From: Macrostomum lignano
Lineage: Eukaryota
Assembly: GCA_002269645.1 (NCBI GenBank)
Contig: NIVC01000416.1
Coordinates: 248,001 to 312,000, forward strand
Length of the DNA: 64,000 nucleotides
Direction: 5' to 3'
Part shown: positions 13,008 through 24,590 of the stretch, in pieces
Position numbering within the stretch: the stretch's first letter is position 1
Layout of the letters: each line of letters opens with the position of its first letter
Translations under genes and position numbers: made by a program
Notes under the pieces: generated by a model
Seen by the model: the letters and a program-made list of their open reading frames with translations, nothing else
What the model was told of the DNA's origin: nothing
The model's database searches: none

Positions 13008-13410
13008 TGTAGCGTATTCACTATATTATAAGTATTGTAGCGTATTTCTATTTTCTATAATATTCTATAACATGCTTAAATCTTCATTTTCTAGAAAGTT
13101 CTCCAACTAAACAACGCGCATATACGGTATAAGATAGCGTACAGTAAGTACAATACTTATATTCTAGAAACTTCCGCGTAAACACGCACTTTCTATATTT
13201 GGTATTTTGAACTCCCGCGCACCCCTTTCTAAAAACCGCTTCTCGAACTTTCTGGATTCCGGAATGTTCTATTAACACATATATAAATATACAGCACCCT
13301 AACGCGCAATTATTCAAGCCTCTTCTTTTCCGCGCGGAAAACAATCAAAGCAAAAACCAAAACAAACGAACCACCGCGTTTCACGCCTCAATTATTTTCG
13401 CAATTCTACA
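13008..13410 (+). repeat. 3' LTR of the CsRN1-like element
   Basis: Direct repeat of 8227-8629. Confidence 0.95.
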
Positions 13411-13916
13411 AGCTAGATAATATACGAAAGAGTGAGTCGATGAAGCCTGAGACAGCGGTGACGATGTGATGGCAGTGAACGTGTGGTGGCGGTGCTCGTA
13501 GCGAGAGCTCGTACAGACAGTAGAGGTGGCGTGACTGATCGAGTTTTGGCAGAGGCGTGGTTTAGAACCGTGGCGCGGAGCGAGGCGGAGAGAGAAGGCA
13601 GAGCACAAGGAGTACCGCGGTGGCAAGGCTCTTAAGGGGTCTACGGCAGGAGGGGTGAAGGAGGATACCCCGAGCGCCCCAGCCAGACGACTGATAAGGA
13701 GCGGACTGCTGGGGGTGGGCGCGCGCGGAGAACTTAATTTCAGGCAAACATAATTTATGCGCGGCTTTTCTATTGGCCGGCGAGAAAAACCTTAGAATTT
13801 ATCGATCGCCTAACTGTACTTTGGCTTTACAAACGTACGCAAGTTGATTAAAATTCTTTGGGCACTACTTTAAGCAGACGTGAGAGTATACGGGACCATT
13901 AAATTAACAATATTAC

Positions 13917-15189
13917 GGGTGCACGACAGTTGACTGCCACAATTTGAATGCCACAATTTGACTGCGGTCAAGTCAATTTGACTGCGGACAATTTGACTGC
14001 CGAGCAATTTGACTGCCGACAAAATGACTGCCAACAAAATGACTGCCGACAAAATGACTGCGGAAATTTGACTGCCGACAATATGACTGCGGACAATTTG
14101 ACTGCCGACAAATTGACTGCGAACAAAATGACTGCGGACAAAATGACTGCCGACAATTTGACTGCCGACAAAATGACTGCGGACAAAATGACTGCCGACA
14201 ATTTGACTGCCGACAAAATGACTGCCAACAAAATGACTGCCGACAAAATGACTGCGGAAATTTGACTGCCGACAATATGACTGCGGCAATTTGACTGCCG
14301 AGCAATTTGACTGCCAGCGAAATGACTGCCGGAAAAATGATGCTCCTAAAGTTTAGCACTCTGTCAACCCTTTTAAGTCTATGCATGTAGTGAAATATTG
14401 TATTTACGAGCTAGAATGATGCAGAACAGAACACATAACTTTTATACAACAAGCTGTAACAGCTGTTGTAACCCGCGGATTTTGAACAGTGGGAAATGGG
14501 AATTCCAATATTAGGAACTATTTTGCATATATTCGAAAATCTGAAGTTAAACTCAAGCAAAAACTTTTATTATTAGAGTTAAACATAACATAGATTACAT
14601 TCGTGTAAAATTAGGAATGGAGGCAAACTATTGATATTGTTGGCTGGGGTGCGGCGCAGAATGTCAGAAAAACTCTGGCCTCTACTTCTGCCTCTCGTTC
14701 CCTATGTTCCTTGCATCCTTTGAACCTTCTATCTTCTCTTCTGTTTTCTCACTTCTCTCTCGTCTCTTCTCTCTCGTCTCTGCTCTCTCATCTACCCTCT
14801 CTCATCTGTCATCTTTACTCTCTTATACTGGTATGTTCTCTCACCTCTCTCCTCTGTACTCTTCTCTTTCCCCTCTTTTGACTCCTCTCTTTCCTTAGTC
14901 ATCATCTTTTCCCTCTTCTATACTCTCCCCTTTATTCACTTCTCTCGTCTCTCTGCACTCTGCTCTCTCCGCCTTCATCTCTCATCTCTCTCTCCTCTTT
15001 TGCATAACGAGAATGCGCCTAGCAAGTTTTTCAAATTCATTTGTCAATATAAAGCTGTGCACAACTAGGCTGGGCTTTTGGTTTTGGTGTTTGGGGTTGC
15101 CAACTTTGGGGTTTGGAGTCAAATAATAAAAGGAGAGGGTGATCAGTGGAGCCCACAAGTTTAGGTGGCGAGCAAACTCATAAAACTCC

Positions 15190-15268
<79 letters not shown>

Positions 15269-15704
15269 GAGGCGAACATTGAGGGACTGCGGGAGAGAGG
15301 AGGAGCCTCTTGTTTTCTATATTGTCGGCAGTCAATTGCCGCAGTCATTTTGCTGGCAGTCAAATTGCCGCAGTCATTTTGTCGGCAGTCAAATTGTCCG
15401 CAGTCATTTTGTTCGCAGTCATTTTGTCGGCAGTCATTTTGTCGGCAGTCATTTTGTCGGCAGTCATTTTGTCGGCAGTCATTTTGTCGGCAGTCAAATT
15501 GCTCGGCAGTCAAATTGTCCGCAGTCAAATTGCCGCAGTCATTTTGTCGGCAGTCAAATTGTCGGCAGTCATTTTGTCCGCAGTCATTTTGTTCGCAGTC
15601 ATTTTGTCGGCAGTCAAATTGCTCGGCAGTCAAATTGTCCGCAGTCAAATTGACCGCAGTCAAATTGTGGCAGTCAAATTGTGGCAGTCAATTGTCGTAA
15701 ACCC
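13917..15704. mobile_element. Mutator-like foldback element (FB2) with TIRs built from a 15-bp tandem repeat
   Basis: Ends are GGGTGCACGACAGTTGACTGCC / GGCAGTCAATTGTCGTAAACCC. There is a perfect 9-bp TSD CAATATTAC (13908-13916, 15705-15713). Arms are (TGACTGCCGACAAAA)n at 13930-14335, inverted at 15325-15695. No transposase seen. Confidence 0.85.
15193..15271 (+). repeat. (GA)n microsatellite
   Basis: Direct reading. Confidence 0.95.
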
Positions 15705-15714
15705 CAATATTACA

Positions 15715-15938
15715 TGTAGCATGCGCAGGCAGGCAGTTCGGGCACCTAGTTTGCACTCCGTGACCCCCACCCATCCTATCCACTTCCCTCTGCTCGAGCA
15801 CATCCCAACGCGCACTCAATGAACCGGAAATCTGTGTTCAACCAGACAATAAAAATGTGGCACAGCCACATTCTATTTCTTCACCTTTTTGAGTGGCTAA
15901 CTAACACTCGCAACAACCAGCTAGAGTTGCTCGCTACA
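15715..15938 (+). repeat. 5' LTR of the Mag-like element
   Basis: Direct repeat of 20104-20327 with several substitutions and two 1-bp indels. Confidence 0.95.
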
Positions 15939-15961
15939 TTGGCGTCACAAGCCAGAACCCA

Positions 15962-18900
15962 ATGGCGCTACTACAGCTACAGCCGCCATCCGCATTCAGC
16001 ATTAGCGCGGACCCCCACACCGTCAGCAAGCGCTGGACAGAGTGGGCCACCACACTAAAGCGATTCTTGGCAGCATCAGGAATCTCGGACGACGCCCAGA
16101 AGCAGGAAATCCTCCTGTATACCGCGGGAAAAGAGGTTGCAGACATCTTTAAAGAGATCTCACAGACGCGTACCGCCACTGACCAGCCGGAGCAGCAAAC
16201 GCTTGACTCACTCATAGCGGCGCTAACTCAGCACTTTCAAGGACGCGACAATGTGGTGTTCACCCGGTACCAATTCCGCCAGTGCACGCAGCTAGACGGC
16301 GAAGGCATCGACAGCTGGTACAACCGACTGTGCAACGCGGCTGAGGCCTGCCAGTTCGGAGAGCTGCGCCAGTCCCTCATCCGCGACCAGATCGTCGCCT
16401 GCTGCCGCAGTGAATCCCTCCGAAAGCGGCTGCTCAACGTGCCCAACATCAGCCTCCCCGAGGCCCTCCAGCTGGCGAGAACAAACGAAGCAGCCAGCCA
16501 GCAAGCGGCAATCATGGAGCGCTCGGCAGCCGGACCAGCTGAAGAAGTGCACGCGGCACGCGACAAGCGCCCCACCAGGCGCCCGCCAGCCAGCCCGGCC
16601 GACAAATGCCTGCGGTGCGGAGAGCCCGGCCACCGCACTTGCAACCGAGCCCAAGGCAAGCGCTGCAGCAACTGCGGCAAGCTGCACCACCTGGCGAAGG
16701 CCTGCCTAAGCGGCCGCGCACGCATCATCATGGCAGAGCCTGAGCCAGAGGAACCAGCAGTGGCGCACCTGGCGGAGGCGGTATTCTCCAGCCTCGACCC
16801 CAGCCGCAAAAGCGCCACCTTCAAAGCGGTCATCAACGGCGCGAACGTACCCGTCCTGATCGACAGCGGTGCGAGCTGCAACGTGCTCAGCCAGCGGACC
16901 ATTCATCTAACGGGAGCACCCGAGCGGGCGCTTCAGCCCACGCACACAAGGGTCTATCCTCTCGGAGCAGCGAGGCCCCTGACACCCGCTGGCCAGATCA
17001 CTCTGCACACGAAGATCAACGGCAACTCGGAGAGAGTGCGCTTCATCGTCATCAGAGAGGACTGCATCACCATCCTAGGCCGCGAGACAAGCACGCAGAT
17101 GGGGATGCTGAGGGTCGGACCGCAGGCCGAGACAGCTCTCACCGCCGGACTGACACCAACGGTTAACGACCTGCACCTTCCGCAAGACTTGCGACTGTCA
17201 TCGATCATGAAGGAGTTCAGCGACAGGTTTCAAGGAATCGGCTGCATCAAGGGCGTCTCAGTCAGAATCCAGCTGAAGGAAGAAGCGGTGCCAGTCTGCC
17301 ACCCTCCGTCTCGAGTTCCAGTGCATCTTCGAACCGCCGTGGAAAAGGAGCTGAAGGGCCAGCTATCAGCCGGCATCCTGGAGCGAGTGACGGGGCCCAG
17401 CGCTTGGAGTTCACGCATGGTGGTCGTTCCAAAGGCCTCGCCAGGCGAAATCCGCATCACGCAGGACCTGAGGGACGTCAATAAGTACGTCATTCCAGAA
17501 AAGCAGCCAATACCGACATTCGAAGAAGTCACCGACGAGATGGCCGGTTCCACCTATTTCTCCGAACTAGACGTTGCCAAGGCCTTCCACCAGATCGAGG
17601 TCACCGAGGAGTCCCGGCAGCTGCTCACTTTCTCAACGCCTCTGGGCCTGCTCCGCCTCAAGCGCCTTTGCATGGGATTTACCTCAGCATCTGAAATCCT
17701 ACAGCGCGTCATGACATCTATCCTGAGCGGTTTGAGAGGCGTGCGGTGGGTCCATGACGATATCATTATCTTCGCCAGCACCATAAAGGAGCACAACGAG
17801 AGGCTGCGCAACTGCCTTGACAGGCTGCGTCAACACAACGTGACTCTGAACCCCCGCAAATGCCGCATTGCAACCCAGCAGGCCGACTTCCTGGCCATGC
17901 GCCTCTCGGCGGCCGGAATCCAACCGACCGAGGAAAAGCTGGAAGCTGTGGCCAACTTCAAGCGACCAGAAAATGCAACGGAGGTGCGGTCCTTTCTCGG
18001 ACTCGTCACATTCGTAGCCCGCTTCATCCCAAACCTCGCCGACAAAGCGAGGCCACTTCGAGAGCTGACCAAGAAGAACGTGAAATAGTCGTGGGGTCCA
18101 CAGCAAGCCTCAGCCTTTCAGACAATCAAGCAGTCGATCGCTCACAGCACCACGCTTGCCTTCTTCAACAAGAACTGCGAGACCAGGCTGATCGTCGACG
18201 CCAGCCCGACCAGCCTCGGGGCGATCCTCGCTCAGGTGCAACCTGGCGGCCTCACCAGGCCAATCGCCTACGCCAGCCTCAGTGACACCGAGCAGCGCTA
18301 CTCGCAGACAGAGAGAGAGGCGCTGGCCGTCAAATTCGGCTGCCTCAAGTTCCACCACTACCTTAGCGGCTGCCCAAAGTTCAAGGTCATCACCGACCAC
18401 AAGCCGCTGGTCAGCCTGCTCAGCCCCGGCTCACAGCCCCCGCCGCGGATCAAGCGCATGGCACTTCGGCTGCAGGATCTCCACTTCGAAGTCATCTACC
18501 AGCCGGGGGCAGATAACCCGGCAGATGTCCTAAGACGCCAGCCACGTCCAACACCACCGAAGAACGAGGGCGAGGATCTCGACACGGCCTACATCGCAAT
18601 GACAGCACAGGCAGCAGCGCCGAACAGCATCAGCCTCGACACGATCAAGGTGGCCGCCGCAGGCGACAAGGCGATCCAAGCCGCCGTATCCGGGCTCCGG
18701 TCCCATCGGTGGCAACTCGATAGCCACGACACGCGCAGCCTGCACGGCCTGCGGCACGAGCTCTCACAACACGACGGACTCCTGCTCAAAGGGCACCAAA
18801 TCGTCGTTCCTGCCATTCTGCACTACCGCTGCCTGCAGCTGGCGCACCAAGGCCACCTGGGTGTCCAAAAAACATTGGCACGCCTCCAGACAAAGGTCTG

Positions 18901-19975
18901 GTGGCCCTAAATGCGGGCCTCCGTCGAGAATTTCGTAAACTCCTGCCTCAGCTGCAAGGCCTGCACGAACACAGCCGAATTGAAGGCAGCCCCACTTCAG
19001 CCGACTGAGCTGCCGCAGGGGCCGTGGCTAGAGCTGGGCCTGGACTTCCTGGGACCGATCAGAGGCCACATTCTGCTGGTGTGCACCGACTATTTTTCAC
19101 GTTTCCCACTGGTACAGACGATGTCGGGGTCGACAGCGGCAGCTCCGGTCATCCGAACCCTCCGCCAGTGGTTCAGCACGTTCGGCCAGCCAGTCAAGAT
19201 CACCACCGACAACGGCCCGCCATTCTCGTCCGCAGAATTCAACGCCTTCCTGCGCAGCCAGGGCGTCCACCACCATCGGACTACGCCGCTGCATCCCCAA
19301 GCCAACGGACTCGTAGAGCGATGCAACCGAGGCCTCAATAAGGCAATCAGAGCGGCGATTCTGGAAGGCAGCGACTGGCAGGCGGCACTGGACGACTACC
19401 TGGCTGCATACCGGCGAACACCGCACGCAGCAACCGGCATGGCCCCAGCCGACCTGCTATTCGGCCGACAGCTCAACGACTCAATCCCCAGCTTGCGCCA
19501 CTCCCGGCCGGTTGACGCCAGGCGACAGACCGTCCGCGGCCACGACTCCAGGGCGAAGGAGCGGATGAAGGCCTTCGCCGACAGCAAGAGGGGCGCCACC
19601 GACCACCAGATCACCGTAGGCGACCTCGTACTCCGCCGGCTCACCAACCGCAGCAAGACCGACCCCTTCTTCGAGGCCTCGCCATGGACCGTGACAGAAG
19701 TCCGCGGCAACACCCTGCAGCTCCAACGGGCCGGCCAGAGGTGCTCCAGGCACGCAAGCCACGTCAAGCGAGTCTCCCAGGCAGCCGACGAGTGGCCGGA
19801 TGACCCCGGAGAACGCAACAGCGGACAGGACAGCCGGCCGGATGAACCAACCGGCCCGCCCGAGCCAACCGGCAACCAGGACGTCCCTCTCGCCAACAGG
19901 CCGCACCCCCGACAGGCCAAGGAGACGCCGAAACGCTACGAAGAGGGCGACCGGCGAAAGGCTCTGGACATCTGA
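15962..19975 (+). pseudogene. Gag-Pol polyprotein with two in-frame stops (18086-18088, 18908-18910)
   Basis: The ORFs starting at 15962, 18236 and 18911 share one frame. Motifs are two Cys/His knuckles, LIDSGAS protease, RT (VHDD), RNase H (VDAS..EREALAV) and integrase (HQGH..CLSC, LDF, TDNG, NGLVER). Confidence 0.92.
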
Positions 19976-20103
19976 CAGCTGGCGGAACAGCAGCAAGGAC
20001 TGATCATTGACTCTAATGACTGATACTGATTGCTCGATCGCGCGTAACATGAACCCAACGTTGTACCCAACCCCACCCGGGTTCCAATCCACCAGACGAG
20101 GGA

Positions 20104-20327
20104 TGTAGCATGCGCAGGCAGGCAGTTCGGGCACCTAGTTTGCACTCCGTGACCCCCACCCATCCTATCCACTTCCCTCTGCTCGAGCACATCCCAAGGC
20201 GCACTCAATGAACCGGAAATCTGTGTTCTACCAGACAATAAATATACAGGCACAGCCACATTCTATTTCTTCACCTTTTGAGTAGCTAACTAACACTCGC
20301 AACAACCAGCTAGAGTTGCTCGCTACA
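20104..20327 (+). repeat. 3' LTR of the Mag-like element
   Basis: Direct repeat of 15715-15938. Confidence 0.95.
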
Positions 20328-21885
20328 TTACAGATTGGTACCGTATGTTAAAACGGCGCTTGACGGGGCTACTAAAATTGACAACGTCACGGTATCATGA
20401 TATCTGAGCCTTTCCCGCAGGGTTTTTAATTTTGGAATTCAAGTAAAATCGGATTTGAAATCTAGTCTAGTCTAGTTCTAATCTAGTCTAGTTTTTATTC
20501 TAGTCATAGTTTATGTCTTGTCTAGCCTAGTAGGCTACATAGTTCTATAATATCCATCATTTCTGACTGCATGGATTGGGATTTGACTAATTGAAAGATC
20601 CGACTGTAAAAACTCTCGCGGGAAAACTCAGCGAGAAAAGCTCGCACGGGCAAACCTCGGCGAGAAAACTACCTCCCGTAACAAATTCCATATACATGTG
20701 GTTTGCAGCTGCAGTTTGAGGCTCCACTCTCTCCATGTATGACAATAAGTTTTAATGCATAGATAAAGCGCTGCTGATTATCAGTCTAACACGCAGGGTC
20801 TCAAACTCTAATAAAAAAATACTGCATTCGTATTCGTATTTCGAACTTTTGTCTATGGGATTCGACTCAACCCCAACCTCAACCCCAACCCCTTATAACG
20901 GTCGAACAAACGTTTCATATGTTTGTTTCGTTCCTTCGTTTTTTATTATCGCATACCGCGCGAACTTAAATAAGCACGGCTAAATATCGAAATTTTTTAT
21001 TGCCTTTTTGTCTTAGCTATCATCTCTACGCTGGCTTTTTAAGATAGGCCTTTTTGAATTATGTTAACGTTGCGTATTTACTTATTTATTTGTTTAAGTC
21101 CATTTTGATCAAGCCAGTCAAAGAAACAGACTAAGTTTTGGTTTTTAAGTCATATGTTTTAGGCCCTATTTTTACATTTTATGCAGTCAAACTTCAATTT
21201 TAACCAGATTACCAAAGATATAGTGTAAATACTTTAAGTATATTACCATATAGATATAGATATAGTATAATTATGTCGTTGTGCCTAGGCCCAATATAAT
21301 TGGGCTACAACTAAAATGATATTATCCTTGAGTTGAGCTTAAAGTAGAGGTAGTATAGTAGGCCTAATATGACTATGACTATGACATCTTGATCCTAAAC
21401 CTAGCCTGCCTACTAGGCCAGCTGCCAGCCACACTAGATCATAGTATATATGCCCAAAGAAATTTGGGCATGCATTGGCCTTGAATGCCAAAAGTTGGGT
21501 CAAGGACAACTTAAGTAGAATTAGAAGGATGGGAAACCTCATTTCTTAGAAAATTTTAGAAGGCAGGTTTTAATTCCCAAAAAATACATTATAGAGAAAG
21601 GAAGTTTTCATTTTTTTCAGCATAAAAATTGTTATTGCTTTTGAAAGAAGGCAGATCCAGTGTTTATCTTTTGATATGTTATGCCTTTTTTATTGTTCTA
21701 TTAATATTTATGAAGGTTTTTATTTAGAAAATTAGGATTTTATGTTATTTTTTTATTCTATTTGTTTTTATATGACAAGGATACATTTGGATCCTAAATC
21801 TAAATTTAGCATCTTGAAATTCAATCAAAAATGCCAATTTGCATAATCTTGATCTTTTTCTAACGACTAAAGATATTTATAAATA

Positions 21886-21888
<3 letters not shown>

Positions 21889-21940
<52 letters not shown>
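21889..21940 (+). repeat. (AT)n microsatellite
   Basis: Direct reading. Confidence 0.95.
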
Positions 21941-21944
<4 letters not shown>

Positions 21945-22599
21945 ATATATGTTAGTAAAATGTAGTAGTTTTATTTATTAATATATTTAATGTACTTGTA
22001 TTGATTTATTGTCCAGGAACTAAAAAGTTTTTTTATTTTTTATAGTAAAAAATTTATAAAACTAATCATGTATAATATATTGTATTTTGACTTTAAAATA
22101 AGTAGCATCTAGCTCAAGAGGAATAAAAAGTTAATATAGCCTAGTGATTAAAGTGTTAGACTTACAACATGAAAAGTTGGATGATCCCTAATCCCACTGA
22201 AACAATCGGTGTCTTTGAGCAAGAGACTTAACTTTATATTACTTCAGTTTACCCAGCTAAAAATAGGTGCCAGCATTAGCTGGGGTAATTGAGGGTATGT
22301 GGCAACCAGTGTGATCACCAACAAAAAGTGAAAAATGATACAGCTAGAAAGAAAAAACACAGCAGCTACTTAAATGAAGAAAAAGTGAAAAACATTCACT
22401 ATAGCAATTTTGCCAATGCTTACTTATTGTCCAAATAGCAATTCTCATTTTAATTCATTCCAGCTTTAAGCATGCACATTTTCATCTTAAATCAACATCG
22501 TCATCAATCATACATTGTAGGGATAGATTGAAACGGTATATATAGTCAATCAATTTTAAAGTTCACAAGAATCATGACTGCAGAACTTGTGATTTGTAT

Positions 22600-24195
22600 G
22601 TCATCAATTCAATGTCCCCTGCCCCTAGTAGAAGGCGCACTAGAGAGCCTCAACTTCTTTGCAGCTGGAGCTAGGCCTCGGCGCTGGCATAATTCCTGTT
22701 CAGCTGAAGCTGCCTCTGTAAGCAGCTCCTGCACCTTCCTACACATGGCATCAATATTTCACTGTGTCGTTGCATCCTTTTGCACCTGCTGCAAATTTTG
22801 CTGCTGTGAACTAAAGGCAGCTTGGAGCCTGTTCATTGTTTTTTCAGTCTTCTTTGAGCGCACTCTTTTGTCTGCTTTTGCTTTTGCTGCAAAACCCACT
22901 CTGACAAAGTCGACTCTGACATTGGCCATGATGCACAAGGCACCGTGGAATTTCATCCAGGGCAATTAGTGAGTCCAACATTGCATCACTTAGCTGATTG
23001 CGCTACTTCGTTAAGTTGTTTGCGAGCCACTTTAGTACCTGCTCACTATTGGCATTGCCGTGTAGAAGGCTGCAAGTAGTTCGAGCAAGCAGTGTCAGCA
23101 GGGGAAATCTTTCAGCTGATACTTTGGCCCAGAATTTCTCGGGGATCATTTTGTCCTTCAATGATGCAGGGCAGTCGGAACATAAAGTAGCAATTTCAAC
23201 TCGCAGGTTGTTGAGTTCGCTCCTGGGCACAACAGAAAGCATGGCCTGTGCAACAGGTAGAATGTAGCCATCAAACGTGCAATCTGATGAAAGGAAGAAC
23301 TCTGGCTTCAAAAAGCTGGCTGCTCTCAGAACTTTGTTGTCCAATGGCAGGTACTTGAAAAGTCAAACAATGAGTTCTCCATAGAACTGACAAACAGACA
23401 TAGAATGCCACCTTGTGAGCTCCTTAATAGTGTCCCTTGTCAAACCACCAACTGCTAGCTCGCCATTAGTGACCTGACAGCTGTAGTCTCTGACCTTCTC
23501 TGCCAGGTATTTCAACGTTGTGGCCTCCTCAATTACGTCAGGACGCATAAAGGATCTTAGAATGTCGCCGCAAATGTCATCGATAGATGACGACAGGATA
23601 TGAATTTGGGTCGACTCGCGCTGAAAAAGCTTGTTCAGCTTTTTGCACCATGGAAGTGCATGTTCTAGGAACTGCAACCATGCTAGATTGCTAGGATTTT
23701 TCAGTGCTTCCACAATTCGCTTCGCGCGCTTATTGTCAGAATTGGATCGTTGAGTCTGGAAGTACTCTTTGAGTGGCACCCACTGCTCCAAAAGTCATTA
23801 TACCACCTAGAGTACTTGGAGCCAGCGTATTTCAACTCGCCTAAGGAAGACGTGTTCAGAAACTTCAAAGGCCTCTTGAATATAAAACATGTACATATTT
23901 GAGCTATGTACATATTTGAGCTAAAACATGTACAAACAATTGCATATAGCCCAAGATTGTGGATACAAAGTACATAATGCAGAGCAAAGGAAATAAGGAG
24001 CGTACTGCAAGTACTTACTCGGACAAAGGAAACACATCTTGCTTCATATCAGAAGTGGTTGTATACATCATCCATGAGGCTCTCAGTCTCACCCTCTGAG
24101 TCAGAATCCAATGCCTGGACAGCATACTGCACCGCATTGTGAATGTGATGCAGACTACAGCCACCAATATCAATAAGATGAGGCATGACATCCTG
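22600..24195 (-). pseudogene. hAT transposase remnant (central and C-terminal dimerisation regions), with stops, frameshifts and an apparent intron at ~23881-24017
   Basis: Fragments PHLIDIGGCSLHHIHNAV, RRVEIRWL..LEQWVPLKEYF and RFPLLTLLARTTCSLLHGNANSEQV..RNQL. The N-terminal part is missing. Confidence 0.85.
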
Positions 24196-24196
24196 C

Positions 24197-24590
24197 TTAG
24201 GTCGGACAAGCAGAAAATTTTGGTCAGGTGTGAAATTTCGTGAAATTTTCAAAGTTGGGCGTGATCGTGATCGTGATCGTGAATTTATATTTGCATACAC
24301 GTATTTTGAGCCCATAAGTTACAAGTGTTGAAAATAACAAAACAAGAAAAGAAATATTTTTAAATTGATAATAGCTACTCGGTAATGCTGTCAAGTCAAC
24401 AAATTAAAAATTTATTACTCTTTTACACATTTGTATTCACATATTTTGGTAAACCAAGTAGAAAAGTTATACTTCTAATAAAAATGTAATAAAGCAAAAT
24501 TCACGACTGTCGTGAACGGGTTTCAAGGAAATAACAATCATGAAAAAAATGGTCATGAATTCACAAAATTGTGATCACGTCCAACCCTTA
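24197..24590. mobile_element. hAT MITE copy 2 (same family as 1742-2149), inside the hAT element
   Basis: Near-identical to 1745-2149 over ~390 bp. The left terminus is clipped and there is no TSD. Confidence 0.85.

Larger units (their letters stand above)
8227..13410 (+). mobile_element. full-length Ty3/Gypsy LTR retrotransposon, CsRN1/Kabuki-like clade
   Basis: 403-bp LTRs with 4 substitutions seen, 4-bp TSD AGCT, PBS-like TGGTCCAGTGAGGCG at 8632 and purine tract GGCGGGGGAA before the 3' LTR. Gag has a CHCC motif ([18 protein letters not shown]). Pol order is PR-RT-RH-IN. Confidence 0.95.
15715..20327 (+). mobile_element. full-length Ty3/Gypsy LTR retrotransposon, Mag-like (single gag-pol frame)
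   Basis: 224-bp LTRs (15715-15938, 20104-20327; TGTAGCA...GCTACA), 5-bp TSD TTACA, PBS TGGCGTCAC and purine tract AGACGAGGGA. Confidence 0.95.
7925..20389 (-). mobile_element. probable solo LTR (~860 bp) broken into pieces 7925-8226, 13411-13916 and 20328-20389 by three later insertions
   Basis: With the inserts removed, the minus strand runs TGACGTTG...TCTTCACA (TG..CA) with an AATAAA at 8086-8091. It is flanked by CCGTAT/CGGTAT. The uninterrupted site is visible in the other FB1 arm (~3850). Confidence 0.6.
3835..20413. mobile_element. large foldback element (FB1), ~4 kb without its inserts, hosting a nested TE pile
   Basis: The left arm (3835-4110 plus 4773-6243) is the reverse complement of the right arm (6995-7924 plus 20396-20413). 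Examples are GCATCAATTGTGGCTACAGC / GCTGTAGCCACAATTGATGC and AAAGGCTCAGATAT / ATATCTGAGCCTTT. The outer boundary and TSD are not resolved. Confidence 0.75.

Noticed and set aside
8303-13344. Two near-identical 86-aa minus-strand ORFs (8303-8563, 13084-13344)
   Set aside because: They are incidental frames in the two LTR copies. They are useful only for counting the four LTR differences.
13870-15822. ORFs of AVILS/DKMTA/SHFVG repeats
   Set aside because: They are read-through of the 15-bp arms of the FB2 foldback.
20403-20700. Short inverted repeat (TGAGCCTTTCCCGCAGGG / CGCGGGAAAACTCA) and CGAGAAAACTC motifs, plus a CAGGGTCTCAAACTC hAT-like end at ~20795
   Set aside because: Probably sub-terminal TE debris. 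No TSD or partner end could be defined, so it is not called as a feature.
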